Positions 9,328 through 17,894 of a stretch of 64,000 nt of DNA are shown piece by piece; positions within the stretch are counted from its first letter, which is position 1, and every line of letters begins with the position of its first letter. Source of the DNA: Dehalococcoidia bacterium (GTDB lineage: Bacteria; Chloroflexota; Dehalococcoidia; Lucifugimonadales; Lucifugimonadaceae); contig JAJEGY010000014.1 in NCBI GenBank assembly GCA_022819585.1, positions 20,969 through 84,968 of the forward strand, written 5' to 3'. Under the pieces are notes generated by a model. That model had not been told where the DNA came from. It worked only from the letters and a program-made list of their open reading frames with translations, and did no database searches. The position numbers and the translations under genes were made by a program.

Positions 9328-10152
9328 TCAGTGCTGGCAGGTTGGGCAGTGGTAGGCGGTTCTGCCGGCGATTTTGGTGTTTTTGATGGGTTGGTGGCAG
9401 GTTGGGCAGGGGGAGTTGGGGATTCGGGTGATTCGCATTCGGTCGTCGTAGGCGTCCACTACGTAGGGGCTGCCGTCTTGGGAAGGGTGTGTTGAGATGA
9501 ATTGGATTGCGTGGTTGAGGGTGTCCATGATGTTGGCGTGGAGTCGGGTCAGGCGTTGGGTGCTGATGCGGTTGGCGCGTCGAAGGGGTGAGATGCCTGT
9601 TTGGTGAAGGGATTCGTCGGCGTAGATGTTGCCTACTCCGGCGATGATGGACTGATCTAGTAGGGCTGGTTTGATGCGGGATCGGCGGGTTCGTAGGCGG
9701 TTGGCGAATTCGTCGGGGGTTAAGTCCCATGGTTCGGGGCCTAGTTTAGGGTAGGCATCCTTGGGGTCGTCGAGGGCCCATAATTTGGCCCATCTTCGGT
9801 AGTCGTTCAGTTCGATGCGTCGATTATCGTCGAGATAGATGGCGGCGCGACGGTATTTGACGGGTGGATCGGAGGGGTTTCGGACGTGAAGTGAACCGGT
9901 CATTCCCATGTGCAGAACTAGATGAGATTGGGTATCTTGTTGATCGGAGAGAGTTGAGACTATGTATTTGCCGCGTCGTTTGATGGTGGCGATGCGCTTG
10001 CGGGAAACGCGGTTGGCGAAGGTTTCGATGTCGGCGGCAGGTGCGGCAATGGAGTCTGACCATCCGATTTCGACGCGGTGGATGGTGGAGTCAGGGATGT
10101 TTTGGGCTATGAGGTAGCGTTTTATGGATTCGACTTCTGGTAGTTCGGGCAT
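9328..10152 (-). CDS. mutM: Formamidopyrimidine-DNA glycosylase (Fpg/Nei family)
   Basis: 274 aa. It has the N-terminal catalytic MPELPEVE, the H2TH block LLDQSIIAGVGNIYADE and a C-terminal zinc finger CPTCHQ...CPTCQ. Confidence 0.92.
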   Translation of the reverse strand: MPELPEVESIKRYLIAQNIPDSTIHRVEIGWSDSIAAPAADIETFANRVSRKRIATIKRRGKYIVSTLSDQQDTQSHLVLHMGMTGSLHVRNPSDPPVKYRRAAIYLDDNRRIELNDYRRWAKLWALDDPKDAYPKLGPEPWDLTPDEFANRLRTRRSRIKPALLDQSIIAGVGNIYADESLHQTGISPLRRANRISTQRLTRLHANIMDTLNHAIQFISTHPSQDGSPYVVDAYDDRMRITRIPNSPCPTCHQPIKNTKIAGRTAYHCPTCQH

Positions 10153-10193
10153 GGGAACTATATGGTAGACCCTGTTTAGCTAGGGAGTCGCAA

Positions 10194-10285
10194 GGTTTCG
10201 GAGTGGTGGCTGTTTGCGGTGCCCCTCCCATTTGTCCGCCCCGGTCACCCTCACCCTGGCCCTCTCCCGCTGAGCGGGAGAGGGG
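10194..10285 (+). repeat. Family-1 intergenic repeat, copy B
   Basis: The core gtgcccctcccatttgtccgccccggtcaccctcaccc lies at 10219-10256. It is followed by the perfect hairpin ccctctcccgc-tga-gcgggagaggg at 10260-10284. Confidence 0.8.
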
Positions 10286-10407
10286 ATTTTATTCGTGGTG
10301 GGTAAAGGTGTTAGTTATTGGTCCGCGTTTCTTTAGTTGGCGAGCGGGAAGAGATTCTAAACCCCCTTGTATTCCCCCTTGAGCATCAAGGGGGAGGAGA
10401 TATTGGC

Positions 10408-11502
10408 CTACTGTCCTCGGGTGCCGGGGGTGTTGGCGTCTTGTTGGAGGAGAGTTTCGGGGCCGATTATTAGGTTGTTTGGAGGGTTGCCGCCGAATGC
10501 TATTGCGGCCATGCCTTGGGTGATGTCGGAGATGGTGCCGGGGTTGGTGGTGATGATGCTGGAGTCTTCGTTGGCGGTTAGGCGGAGGGTGCCTTGGGTG
10601 GTTTCTACGGTGATTTGTTGGTCGTTGATTTCGGCGATTGTGCCGTTGATGTTGGAGATGTTTGTGGAGTCTTCGTTTAGACCGAAACCACCGCCGAAAA
10701 GTCCGCGGGGTCCGAGAAAACCTTGGTCTTGTTGTTCGGGTAGGACTGTGAGGTTGAGAATGAATATGCGTCCACCTTCGCCTCTTTGGACGGTTCCGGC
10801 TACGTTTGTGTCTACGGAGAGGTCGGCGGGGGTGAGTTCGCGGATGACGGTGATGTTGGTGCTGTCGGTGATTTCGATGTCGGTGGATAGGCCGCTGTCG
10901 TCTGAGTGGTCGATGGTGACGGTTGAGCCAGAGATTGCGGAGATTGTGCCTTGGGTTGGAGGAGTGCCGAAGCCTCTGCCTTGGCCGCCGCCGGGGGCTT
11001 CGATGCCGGCTTCGGCTAAGAGTTCCTGCATCAGTTCTTGCATTCGGGCTTGTTCTTGTTGGGTGATGTTGCCTGATTGGGCTTTCTGGAAGAGTTCGGC
11101 GAGTTCGGGATTTTCTGCCATGGCTTCTTGGATGATGGCCTGGAAGTTTCCGCCGCCGGGACCTCCGCCTCCTGCGCCGAACCCGCCTCGACCTCCTGGG
11201 GCGGCTTGGGTGGATTCGGTTTCGGTGTCTTCGGATTCTTGATCGGGGGTTTCGTCTAGGGTTGTGCTGACTTCTGGTGCTTCGGTTGGTTCGGCGGGTT
11301 CTGTGGTGGGTGTTGGTTGGGCCGTATCGCGGGAGAGGGCTTCGTTGCGAGACGACGGGGTTGGTAGGTCGGATTGGGAGGCGACGGGGATGGTTTCTTC
11401 GTCAGTGTCGTCGGTAGGTTGGAGGACGATGATGACGACTGCGGAGATTACGATGCCGATGACGGCTGCGATCACTAGGAGAATTGCGAATGGGTTTTTC
11501 AT
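10408..11502 (-). CDS. Secreted or membrane-anchored Gly-rich acidic protein with two beta-rich repeats (DUF5666-like), last gene of the ABC/MFP operon
   Basis: 364 aa. It has an N-terminal TM/signal anchor, a P/T/E linker and GGRGGFGAGGGGPGGG and GGGQGRGFG tracts. Two similar segments are present (GTISAISGSTVTIDH... and NGTIAEINDQQITVETTQG...). Confidence 0.65.
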   Translation of the reverse strand: MKNPFAILLVIAAVIGIVISAVVIIVLQPTDDTDEETIPVASQSDLPTPSSRNEALSRDTAQPTPTTEPAEPTEAPEVSTTLDETPDQESEDTETESTQAAPGGRGGFGAGGGGPGGGNFQAIIQEAMAENPELAELFQKAQSGNITQQEQARMQELMQELLAEAGIEAPGGGQGRGFGTPPTQGTISAISGSTVTIDHSDDSGLSTDIEITDSTNITVIRELTPADLSVDTNVAGTVQRGEGGRIFILNLTVLPEQQDQGFLGPRGLFGGGFGLNEDSTNISNINGTIAEINDQQITVETTQGTLRLTANEDSSIITTNPGTISDITQGMAAIAFGGNPPNNLIIGPETLLQQDANTPGTRGQ

Positions 11503-11517
11503 GGTGTGTGGCTCGGG

Positions 11518-12717
11518 TTATTCGTAGCGGAGGGCTTCGATTGGGTTTAGGCGTGCGGCTCTTACGGCGGGGTAGATGCCGAAGAAGAGGCCGACGGCAA
11601 CGGATACGATGAGGGCGATGATGGGGATGTCGTTGGTTACTCGGGTGTTCCACTCGGCGCCGATTAGGAAGCGTCCGTCAATGGCGGTTGCGAGGGTGAT
11701 GCCAGCGATGACGCCGATGATTCCACCGCCGAAGGTGAGGAATACGGCTTCGGTGACGAACTGGGCTACGATGTCGCGTCGCTTTGCGCCCATTGCTTGG
11801 CGGATACCGATCTCGCGTGTGCGCTCGGTGACGGATACGAGCATGATGTTCATGATTCCGATGCCGCCGACGAGGAGGGAGATGCCGGCGACGGCACCGA
11901 GGAAGACTACAAGGGTCTGGTTGGTCTCTTCGAAGGTGTCGAGGATCTCTTGCTGATTGAATACTGTGAAGTCGTCGGCGTCGGTGAGACGATGGCTCAG
12001 TCGGAGGACGGTCTCGATCTCCTCGATGGCTTGGTCGACCGATTCGACATCGCGGGCTTGGACTGAGATCTGGTCGACGCTGATGTTGCCGCCGGGGATT
12101 CGCTGGCCGGATAGGCGGTAGTAAGCGGTTGTGATGGGTATTAGGGCTTGGTCGTCGAGAGAGCCGAAGCCGGTTTGGGATGCGAGGACGCCGACGACTC
12201 GGAACTGTCGGCCGTTGATGCGTACTTCTGCGTTTGTGGGGTCTTGGTTTCCGAAGAGGTCTTCGGAGACTTGGGATCCTAGGACGACGACTTCGGCGCG
12301 GGATTCGACGTGGGGAGAGCCGATGAAGGTTCCGGTTGCCATTTCGAGGTTGCGAACCTGCAGGAACTCGGGGGTGACGCCGGTTATGGATGTTTGGGTT
12401 GTGTTGTTGCTTACGTGGATGGTGCCGAAGGTGCCGATTTGTGGAGCGACGGCTTTGATGGAGGGGGTGTACAGGGGGTCGTTAAGGGCGTCGACATCAG
12501 CGAGGGTTAGGGGTTCGCCGCTGGGTATTACGGTAAGGAGGTTGCTTCCTAGGCCTTGTATCAGTTCGGTTATTCGGTCTGTGGAGCCGCGTCCAATGGA
12601 CATGAGGGTTATTACGGAGCATACGCCGAGGACGATGCCGAGGAGCGCTAGGGCAGCGCGGAGTCGGTTTGATGACAGGGAGTAGAGGGAGGTTCGGATT
12701 ATGTCTAGGGGGGACAT
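11518..12717 (-). CDS. ABC transporter permease, MacB/FtsX type with periplasmic domain
   Basis: 399 aa. There is an N-terminal TM, a large extracytoplasmic domain, then three C-terminal TMs carrying the FtsX-type block TREIGIRQAMGAKRRDI. Confidence 0.9.
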   Translation of the reverse strand: MSPLDIIRTSLYSLSSNRLRAALALLGIVLGVCSVITLMSIGRGSTDRITELIQGLGSNLLTVIPSGEPLTLADVDALNDPLYTPSIKAVAPQIGTFGTIHVSNNTTQTSITGVTPEFLQVRNLEMATGTFIGSPHVESRAEVVVLGSQVSEDLFGNQDPTNAEVRINGRQFRVVGVLASQTGFGSLDDQALIPITTAYYRLSGQRIPGGNISVDQISVQARDVESVDQAIEEIETVLRLSHRLTDADDFTVFNQQEILDTFEETNQTLVVFLGAVAGISLLVGGIGIMNIMLVSVTERTREIGIRQAMGAKRRDIVAQFVTEAVFLTFGGGIIGVIAGITLATAIDGRFLIGAEWNTRVTNDIPIIALIVSVAVGLFFGIYPAVRAARLNPIEALRYE

Positions 12718-12730
12718 AGGTCGGCGTGAG

Positions 12731-13513
12731 TTACGCGGCTGTCGCCTGAGGACGGGTTTCGTCGCTGATGATGTGGCCGTCGCTTAGAGTGATGACGCGG
12801 TCGGCTCTTGCCGCTACGTCTCGTTCGTGGGTTACAACGATGACGGTGATGCCGTTCTGGTGGTTGAGGTCGGAGATGATGTTTAGGATTTCGGTTGTGT
12901 TTGAGGTGTCTAGGTTGCCGGTGGGTTCGTCTGCGAGGAGGACGGAGGGTTCTTTGACGAGGGCTCGTGCGATGCCGACGCGTTGCTGCTGGCCGCCGGA
13001 GAGTTCAGTTGGTCGGTGGTCCATGCGGTCGGCGAGATTTACTAGTTCGAGGGCGTGTTCGGCGCGTGTTCGGCGGTTTGGCCAACGGCCGTACATCATA
13101 GGGAGTTCGACGTTGGCTAGTGCGGTGAGGCGTGGGAGGAGGTTGTGGGTCTGGAATACGAAGCCGACTTTTCGGCTGCGGATGTCGGCAAGGCGGTCGT
13201 TGGACATGGATTCGACGGCTTGTCCGTCTATGTGGTAAGTGCCTTCGGTGGGGACGTCTAGGCATCCGATGATGTTCATGAGTGTGGATTTTCCGGAGCC
13301 GGATGCGCCCATGATGGCGACGTATTCGCCGTCGCTGATGTCTAGTGAGACACCATCTAAAGCGCGGACTTGGATGGTTCCGTCGCCCATCTCGTAGATC
13401 TTGGTGACATCCCGGATCTGGATTACAGGGGCGTCTTTGGTGGACGTGGTGGACATTGTTTGCGGTCTAGTTTCTGCCGCCGGGGCCGCCTGCGATGGCA
13501 CGGAATCCTCCAC
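12731..13513 (-). CDS. ABC transporter ATP-binding protein (MacB/LolD-like)
   Basis: Walker A GASGSGKST, signature LSGGQQQRV and Walker B LLADEPT are present. The longest ORF overlaps the MFP gene by 47 nt. The ATG at 13456 (MSTTSTKD), 10 nt after the MFP stop, is the more likely start. Confidence 0.9.
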   Translation of the reverse strand: MEDSVPSQAAPAAETRPQTMSTTSTKDAPVIQIRDVTKIYEMGDGTIQVRALDGVSLDISDGEYVAIMGASGSGKSTLMNIIGCLDVPTEGTYHIDGQAVESMSNDRLADIRSRKVGFVFQTHNLLPRLTALANVELPMMYGRWPNRRTRAEHALELVNLADRMDHRPTELSGGQQQRVGIARALVKEPSVLLADEPTGNLDTSNTTEILNIISDLNHQNGITVIVVTHERDVAARADRVITLSDGHIISDETRPQATAA

Positions 13514-16500
13514 CGAAACCGCCGAACTGGCTGGTGTCGGCTCCGACTACAGTCATGAGGATGGTCTCGCCTTCGGAGACGCCGTCTTCGATGACGGTCC
13601 AGAAGTCGTCTGAGATGCCGAGGGTCACACTGCGGGGCTGAATGGTCCCGTCCTCGTTTGAGATGAGCAGGATGGGGTCGTTGACGGATCCGAAGAGGGC
13701 TTGGATGGGGACAAGGAGCTTGTTGTTTTGCTCTCGGATAACGACTTCGGCGACGGCGCTGAGGCCTTCGGGGAGTTGGGTGCCGGCGGGTTGTTCGGTC
13801 TGTATGGTTACGGGGTAGGTGACGACGCCTTGGTTTGATTCTCCGAAGGCGGCGATGTCGGAGATGCTGCCGACGAGCGGCTCGTCGCCTAGGGCTTCGA
13901 GCTCGATGGATGCCGGGTCGTCTACTTGGAGGAATAGGACATCGACTTCGTCGACGGTGCCGGATATTTCGACGATTGATGGATCGGCGATGACTATAGC
14001 GGCTGTGTCGGGGTTGGCGTTCTGGCCTTCTTCGACGGATATGTTGGCGATTACGCCGTCGAATGGTGCGATGATCTGGGTGCCTTGGGTTGCGGCGATG
14101 GCGGATTCGAGTTCTTCGCGGGCTGTGGCGACTTCGGCGCGTCGGAGGGCTACGGTGGTGGGATCGGGGTTGATCAGGGTGTTTAGGTCTTCTTCAGCAG
14201 CGTTGAGGTCTGCTATCGCGACTTCAATTTTCTGGTGGGCTAGTTCGACGTCGGCTTGGTCTGGTGAGAGTAGGTCTTGGAGGACTGTTAGTTTGTCGTT
14301 GAGGTCTTGTTGTGCCGAGGTGAGTTCGGATCGGGCGAGGGTGATCTGCGTCTCGTCTCCGTTGACTAGGGTGTTTAGGTCGTCGATTTTGAGTTGGAGG
14401 TCGGCTTCGGCGGCGTTGATTTTCTGGTTTAGGACGATGAGATCGGGTGATTCGAGATTTCGCAGGTCTTCCAGTTTTCTGATGGCGTCGTTGAGGTCCG
14501 CTTCGGCTTTGTTGACTTTCGTCTCGGCGATAGCGATCTCGAGTTCGTCAGCGCCGTCTTTTATGTCGCCAAGAGCTTCGTAAGCGTCTGCCAAGTTGCT
14601 GCGTGCCACGGCAGCCTCTTCTAAAGCGACTAGTACGGCTTGACCGGCTTCGATACGGCGTGTCTCGAGTTCGGGTTCTAGTCGTTCCAACTCTTCGAGC
14701 CGAGTTTCCAATTTGATCTCCGCGTCGACGAGCGTGTAGTAGGCGACTTCTGTTTTGGCGAAGAGGTCTTGGAGGGTTTCGTCGTCGGTTGGGGTTAAGG
14801 CATCTGCCAACTGTTCTTGCAGGTCTTCGAGTTGGGTCTTGGTGTTGTCGATGGCGTCTTCGGCGTTGTCGAACTGCTGGGTATTTGCCAGCATCGCGGT
14901 CTCGTATGCTTCGGTTTTGATGAGGAGGTCGTCCCATGCGTTGTCGAATTCGAGATTTACGCAGACTTGGTTGATGCTGGTGTCGGTCGCGGCGCAGTCG
15001 AATCGGAATTGACCGGGGAAGAATTCGTTCCATGTAGCGACTACGACTTCGTTCCATGGCGTGTCCGGGTTGTCCGTAACCCAACTCGAACTTTCCCAAC
15101 CGAGTTCTGTTAATCCGCCTGGATACGTGGTCGGGTAGATCAACTCTTGAGGCGATCTTCCGATGTCGGCGAAGATTTCTTGAGGGGACATTTTCCATTC
15201 GTATCTGGAGATGTCCATGCCGATCCATTTGTAGAAGACCTCTTGGTATGTGTTGCGAGCTTCGTATAGGTCTGATTTGAGCTTTCTTGTTTCGGCTTCG
15301 GTCTCGATCTCGAGTTGCCGGAGTTGGTTTTGTGCTACTTCTAGGTTGTCCTCTGTGTCTGCGATTTTGACTCGGAGATCGGCAACTTCGTCTTCGTCGA
15401 AAGGTTTTTTGGCGTCAGCGTAGGCTTCTCGGGCGTCGGCATCTGCGATTACTGCGGCTGCGAGTTCGGCTTCGGCTTGTGCGATTTCGAGTTTTTTGCT
15501 GGTGATTTCGTCGTCAACGTTCTTCTCGGCGTCGCGCAGCGCGTTTTGTGCGTCTGTGACCGCGGCATCGGCTTCAATCACGGCTAGTTTTGCTTTTTCG
15601 AGGTCTAGTTCAGCTTGGTTGACCGCCGATTGGTCGATGTTGATGGTGTTCTGGTGGGCTTCAATCGCGTCGTCGTGTGCTTTTGCGGCTTCGTTGACGG
15701 AGAGTTCTGCGGCTCGAAGGGCGACGCTCTTCTGGCTGGTCAGATCTTCTAGCTCTAGGACCAGATCGTTGAGCGACTTTTCGGCCTCGGCGATTTCAAG
15801 TCTTGCGTTCTCCAGATCGATGTCCGACGGATTTCTGAGATCGGATAGTTTTTCGGTCGTGTCATCGAGTGCGGCGGTGGCTTTGGCGATTTCTAGTTCG
15901 GCATTTGCGATATCGGTGGCCGAGGGCTCAAGGATGTTGTCAATGGCGTCTTCGGCGTCGGTTAGGGATTGGTATGCGGTCAAGACTTTGAGGGTTGCTT
16001 CGCTGACGGCTTGATCGTCGGGGTTGATCAGTTCGTCGAGCTTTTCTTCGGCATCTTGTAGGGCGACGCTGGCGTTTTGGAGGTTTTGTTCGGCGGTTAC
16101 TATGGCTTCAGATTCGAGGGACATCAGGATGTCGCCTTCGGAGACGAAGTCGCCGATTTCGACGTCGATGGTGTCGATGGTTCCGGAAGTTCCGAATCCA
16201 AGGCGTTCGCGGTTTGCGTATTCGAGGGTGCCGTTGACGGCTACGGAGTTGACTAGATCGCCGCGGCGGATGGTCAGGAGTTGGGTTTCCGCATCTTCGT
16301 CTACGCCGTAGTCGGCTAGTACGGCGTCGATGGGTGATTCGCCTTCGATGAGGTCTTGGGCGTATGGGTAGATGAAGAAGGTGCCGAGGTATGCGATGAT
16401 GGGTATTCCGACGAATATGATGGCGGCTATTGCCCACTGTTTGGGGGTGATTTGGGCAAACGGGTTAGTGGTCGTTTGCTCGTTGTTTTCGTCGGAATCG

Positions 16501-16727
16501 GTGGTCATGCTGGTGGGAGTTGGATCTGGTGGTCGATCGGAATTGATCGCCTGAGTGTTGGTTACGTCACGGTAGACGGATTCGGATTTATCGGACGGTG
16601 GCGCGGAGGCTGATGTCGGAGTGGTGTCGTTGTGTTCGCGCCTGGCTCGCCTGCCGGACATTAGGAAGAATCCGAGTAGGCCGGCCATCCAGCAGTTGGT
16701 CCAGTGTGTTCGCTTTGTATTAGGCAT
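13467..16727 (-). CDS. Giant HlyD/MacA-family membrane-fusion (periplasmic adaptor) protein
   Basis: 1086 aa. The TM lies at about residues 97-120. Barrel-sandwich halves (TIRRGDLVNSVAVNGTLE / IIAPFDGVIANISVEEG) flank a roughly 675-residue heptad-rich alpha-helical region. The C-terminal beta-barrel and MP domains end in a GGFGGGF tail. Confidence 0.85.
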   Translation of the reverse strand: MPNTKRTHWTNCWMAGLLGFFLMSGRRARREHNDTTPTSASAPPSDKSESVYRDVTNTQAINSDRPPDPTPTSMTTDSDENNEQTTTNPFAQITPKQWAIAAIIFVGIPIIAYLGTFFIYPYAQDLIEGESPIDAVLADYGVDEDAETQLLTIRRGDLVNSVAVNGTLEYANRERLGFGTSGTIDTIDVEIGDFVSEGDILMSLESEAIVTAEQNLQNASVALQDAEEKLDELINPDDQAVSEATLKVLTAYQSLTDAEDAIDNILEPSATDIANAELEIAKATAALDDTTEKLSDLRNPSDIDLENARLEIAEAEKSLNDLVLELEDLTSQKSVALRAAELSVNEAAKAHDDAIEAHQNTINIDQSAVNQAELDLEKAKLAVIEADAAVTDAQNALRDAEKNVDDEITSKKLEIAQAEAELAAAVIADADAREAYADAKKPFDEDEVADLRVKIADTEDNLEVAQNQLRQLEIETEAETRKLKSDLYEARNTYQEVFYKWIGMDISRYEWKMSPQEIFADIGRSPQELIYPTTYPGGLTELGWESSSWVTDNPDTPWNEVVVATWNEFFPGQFRFDCAATDTSINQVCVNLEFDNAWDDLLIKTEAYETAMLANTQQFDNAEDAIDNTKTQLEDLQEQLADALTPTDDETLQDLFAKTEVAYYTLVDAEIKLETRLEELERLEPELETRRIEAGQAVLVALEEAAVARSNLADAYEALGDIKDGADELEIAIAETKVNKAEADLNDAIRKLEDLRNLESPDLIVLNQKINAAEADLQLKIDDLNTLVNGDETQITLARSELTSAQQDLNDKLTVLQDLLSPDQADVELAHQKIEVAIADLNAAEEDLNTLINPDPTTVALRRAEVATAREELESAIAATQGTQIIAPFDGVIANISVEEGQNANPDTAAIVIADPSIVEISGTVDEVDVLFLQVDDPASIELEALGDEPLVGSISDIAAFGESNQGVVTYPVTIQTEQPAGTQLPEGLSAVAEVVIREQNNKLLVPIQALFGSVNDPILLISNEDGTIQPRSVTLGISDDFWTVIEDGVSEGETILMTVVGADTSQFGGFGGGFRAIAGGPGGRN

Positions 16728-16801
16728 GAAATTCGCGTCGTTATTTTGAGATTAGAGTAACCTTATTCACGCGCGAAGGCATTTGAGAGCGAGGAGTTGC
16801 G

Positions 16802-17842
16802 ATGACAGAAGCGAGACTTGCGAGGGACTACGATATTCGATTTGGCCATGGGTTGTTGAGATCCGATTCCGCTACGTGGGGGCGGTATGTTGTTATCACA
16901 ACGCCTTCGGCTTGGGCAGCGACTAAGGACGAGCTGGATCATGAACCAGCGGGTATCGGACATAACGAGTGGCTTGATCGGACGCACTTGATCGAGGTTT
17001 CGGATTCGCTGCCTGATGACATAGATCTGGTCGTCGGCCTCGGTGCTGGGCGGGCACTAGATCATGCCAAGTTGGTGGCGAAGCGCAAGGACAAGCCGTT
17101 GGTGCAGGTTCCGACGGTGGTTTCGACGGGGGCGATCATTCATGGGTTCGTGGCTGATTGGGATGGGCGTCAGATCATCGGGCAACTTGCGGTGGTGAAC
17201 TGCGAGTATGTGCTTGTTGACTACGACGTGGTGTTGAAGGCTCCTGAGCGATTGAACACAGCGGGACTAGGCGATGTGTTGTGCGGATATGCGGGGATAT
17301 CGGAGTGGCGACGATCTGCGGAGTTGGGTAAGACTGGTCCGGTGGAGGAGGACAAGATTGCGAACGCTTTGGCGCTCTATGACAAGATCATCACTGACTT
17401 CCCAGCATCTCTAGATGAGGAGGGTGAGTTGACGCCGGCATCGGTGAAGGTGATCATGGATGCGGTTCAGGCGCGGGACGATGCTCTGGTGAAGGATGAG
17501 CGGGCTCCGGGTGCGGACCATGCCTTTTGCTTCGTGGTGGAGATTGCGGCGGACAAGTACTGGATTCATGGAGAGATGTGCGCGTTGGGCGCGGTGATCA
17601 TTGCTTGGCGGACGCAGCAAAGCCCGGAAACATTGGTCGAATGGTTAGACCGGTGCAAAGTTAGGTGGAGACCTCGGGATGTTGAGATCACTCGAGAGGA
17701 GCTGGCTGCGGGAATAGCAGTTTGGCCGAAGTGGATGGGTGATGGGACGGAAGGCAAGCCGGCATCGCCGTCGATTGTGGTGCAGGAACCGATGACGGAG
17801 GAGGAGATTGATGCTTGTTGGGAGTGGTTGAACTCTAACTAA
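16802..17842 (+). CDS. Glycerol-1-phosphate dehydrogenase-like / iron-containing alcohol dehydrogenase superfamily protein
   Basis: 346 aa. Motifs are VVGLGAGRALDHAKLVA, VQVPTVVSTGAI and NTAGLGDVLCGYAGISEW, resembling AraM/EgsA-type G1PDH. A GAGGAG RBS sits upstream. Confidence 0.7.
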   Translation: MTEARLARDYDIRFGHGLLRSDSATWGRYVVITTPSAWAATKDELDHEPAGIGHNEWLDRTHLIEVSDSLPDDIDLVVGLGAGRALDHAKLVAKRKDKPLVQVPTVVSTGAIIHGFVADWDGRQIIGQLAVVNCEYVLVDYDVVLKAPERLNTAGLGDVLCGYAGISEWRRSAELGKTGPVEEDKIANALALYDKIITDFPASLDEEGELTPASVKVIMDAVQARDDALVKDERAPGADHAFCFVVEIAADKYWIHGEMCALGAVIIAWRTQQSPETLVEWLDRCKVRWRPRDVEITREELAAGIAVWPKWMGDGTEGKPASPSIVVQEPMTEEEIDACWEWLNSN

Positions 17843-17894
17843 CTCTTTCGACAATTGTTTAGAGCGATTTGGCTATTCGATTGGAGTTAGCCTG

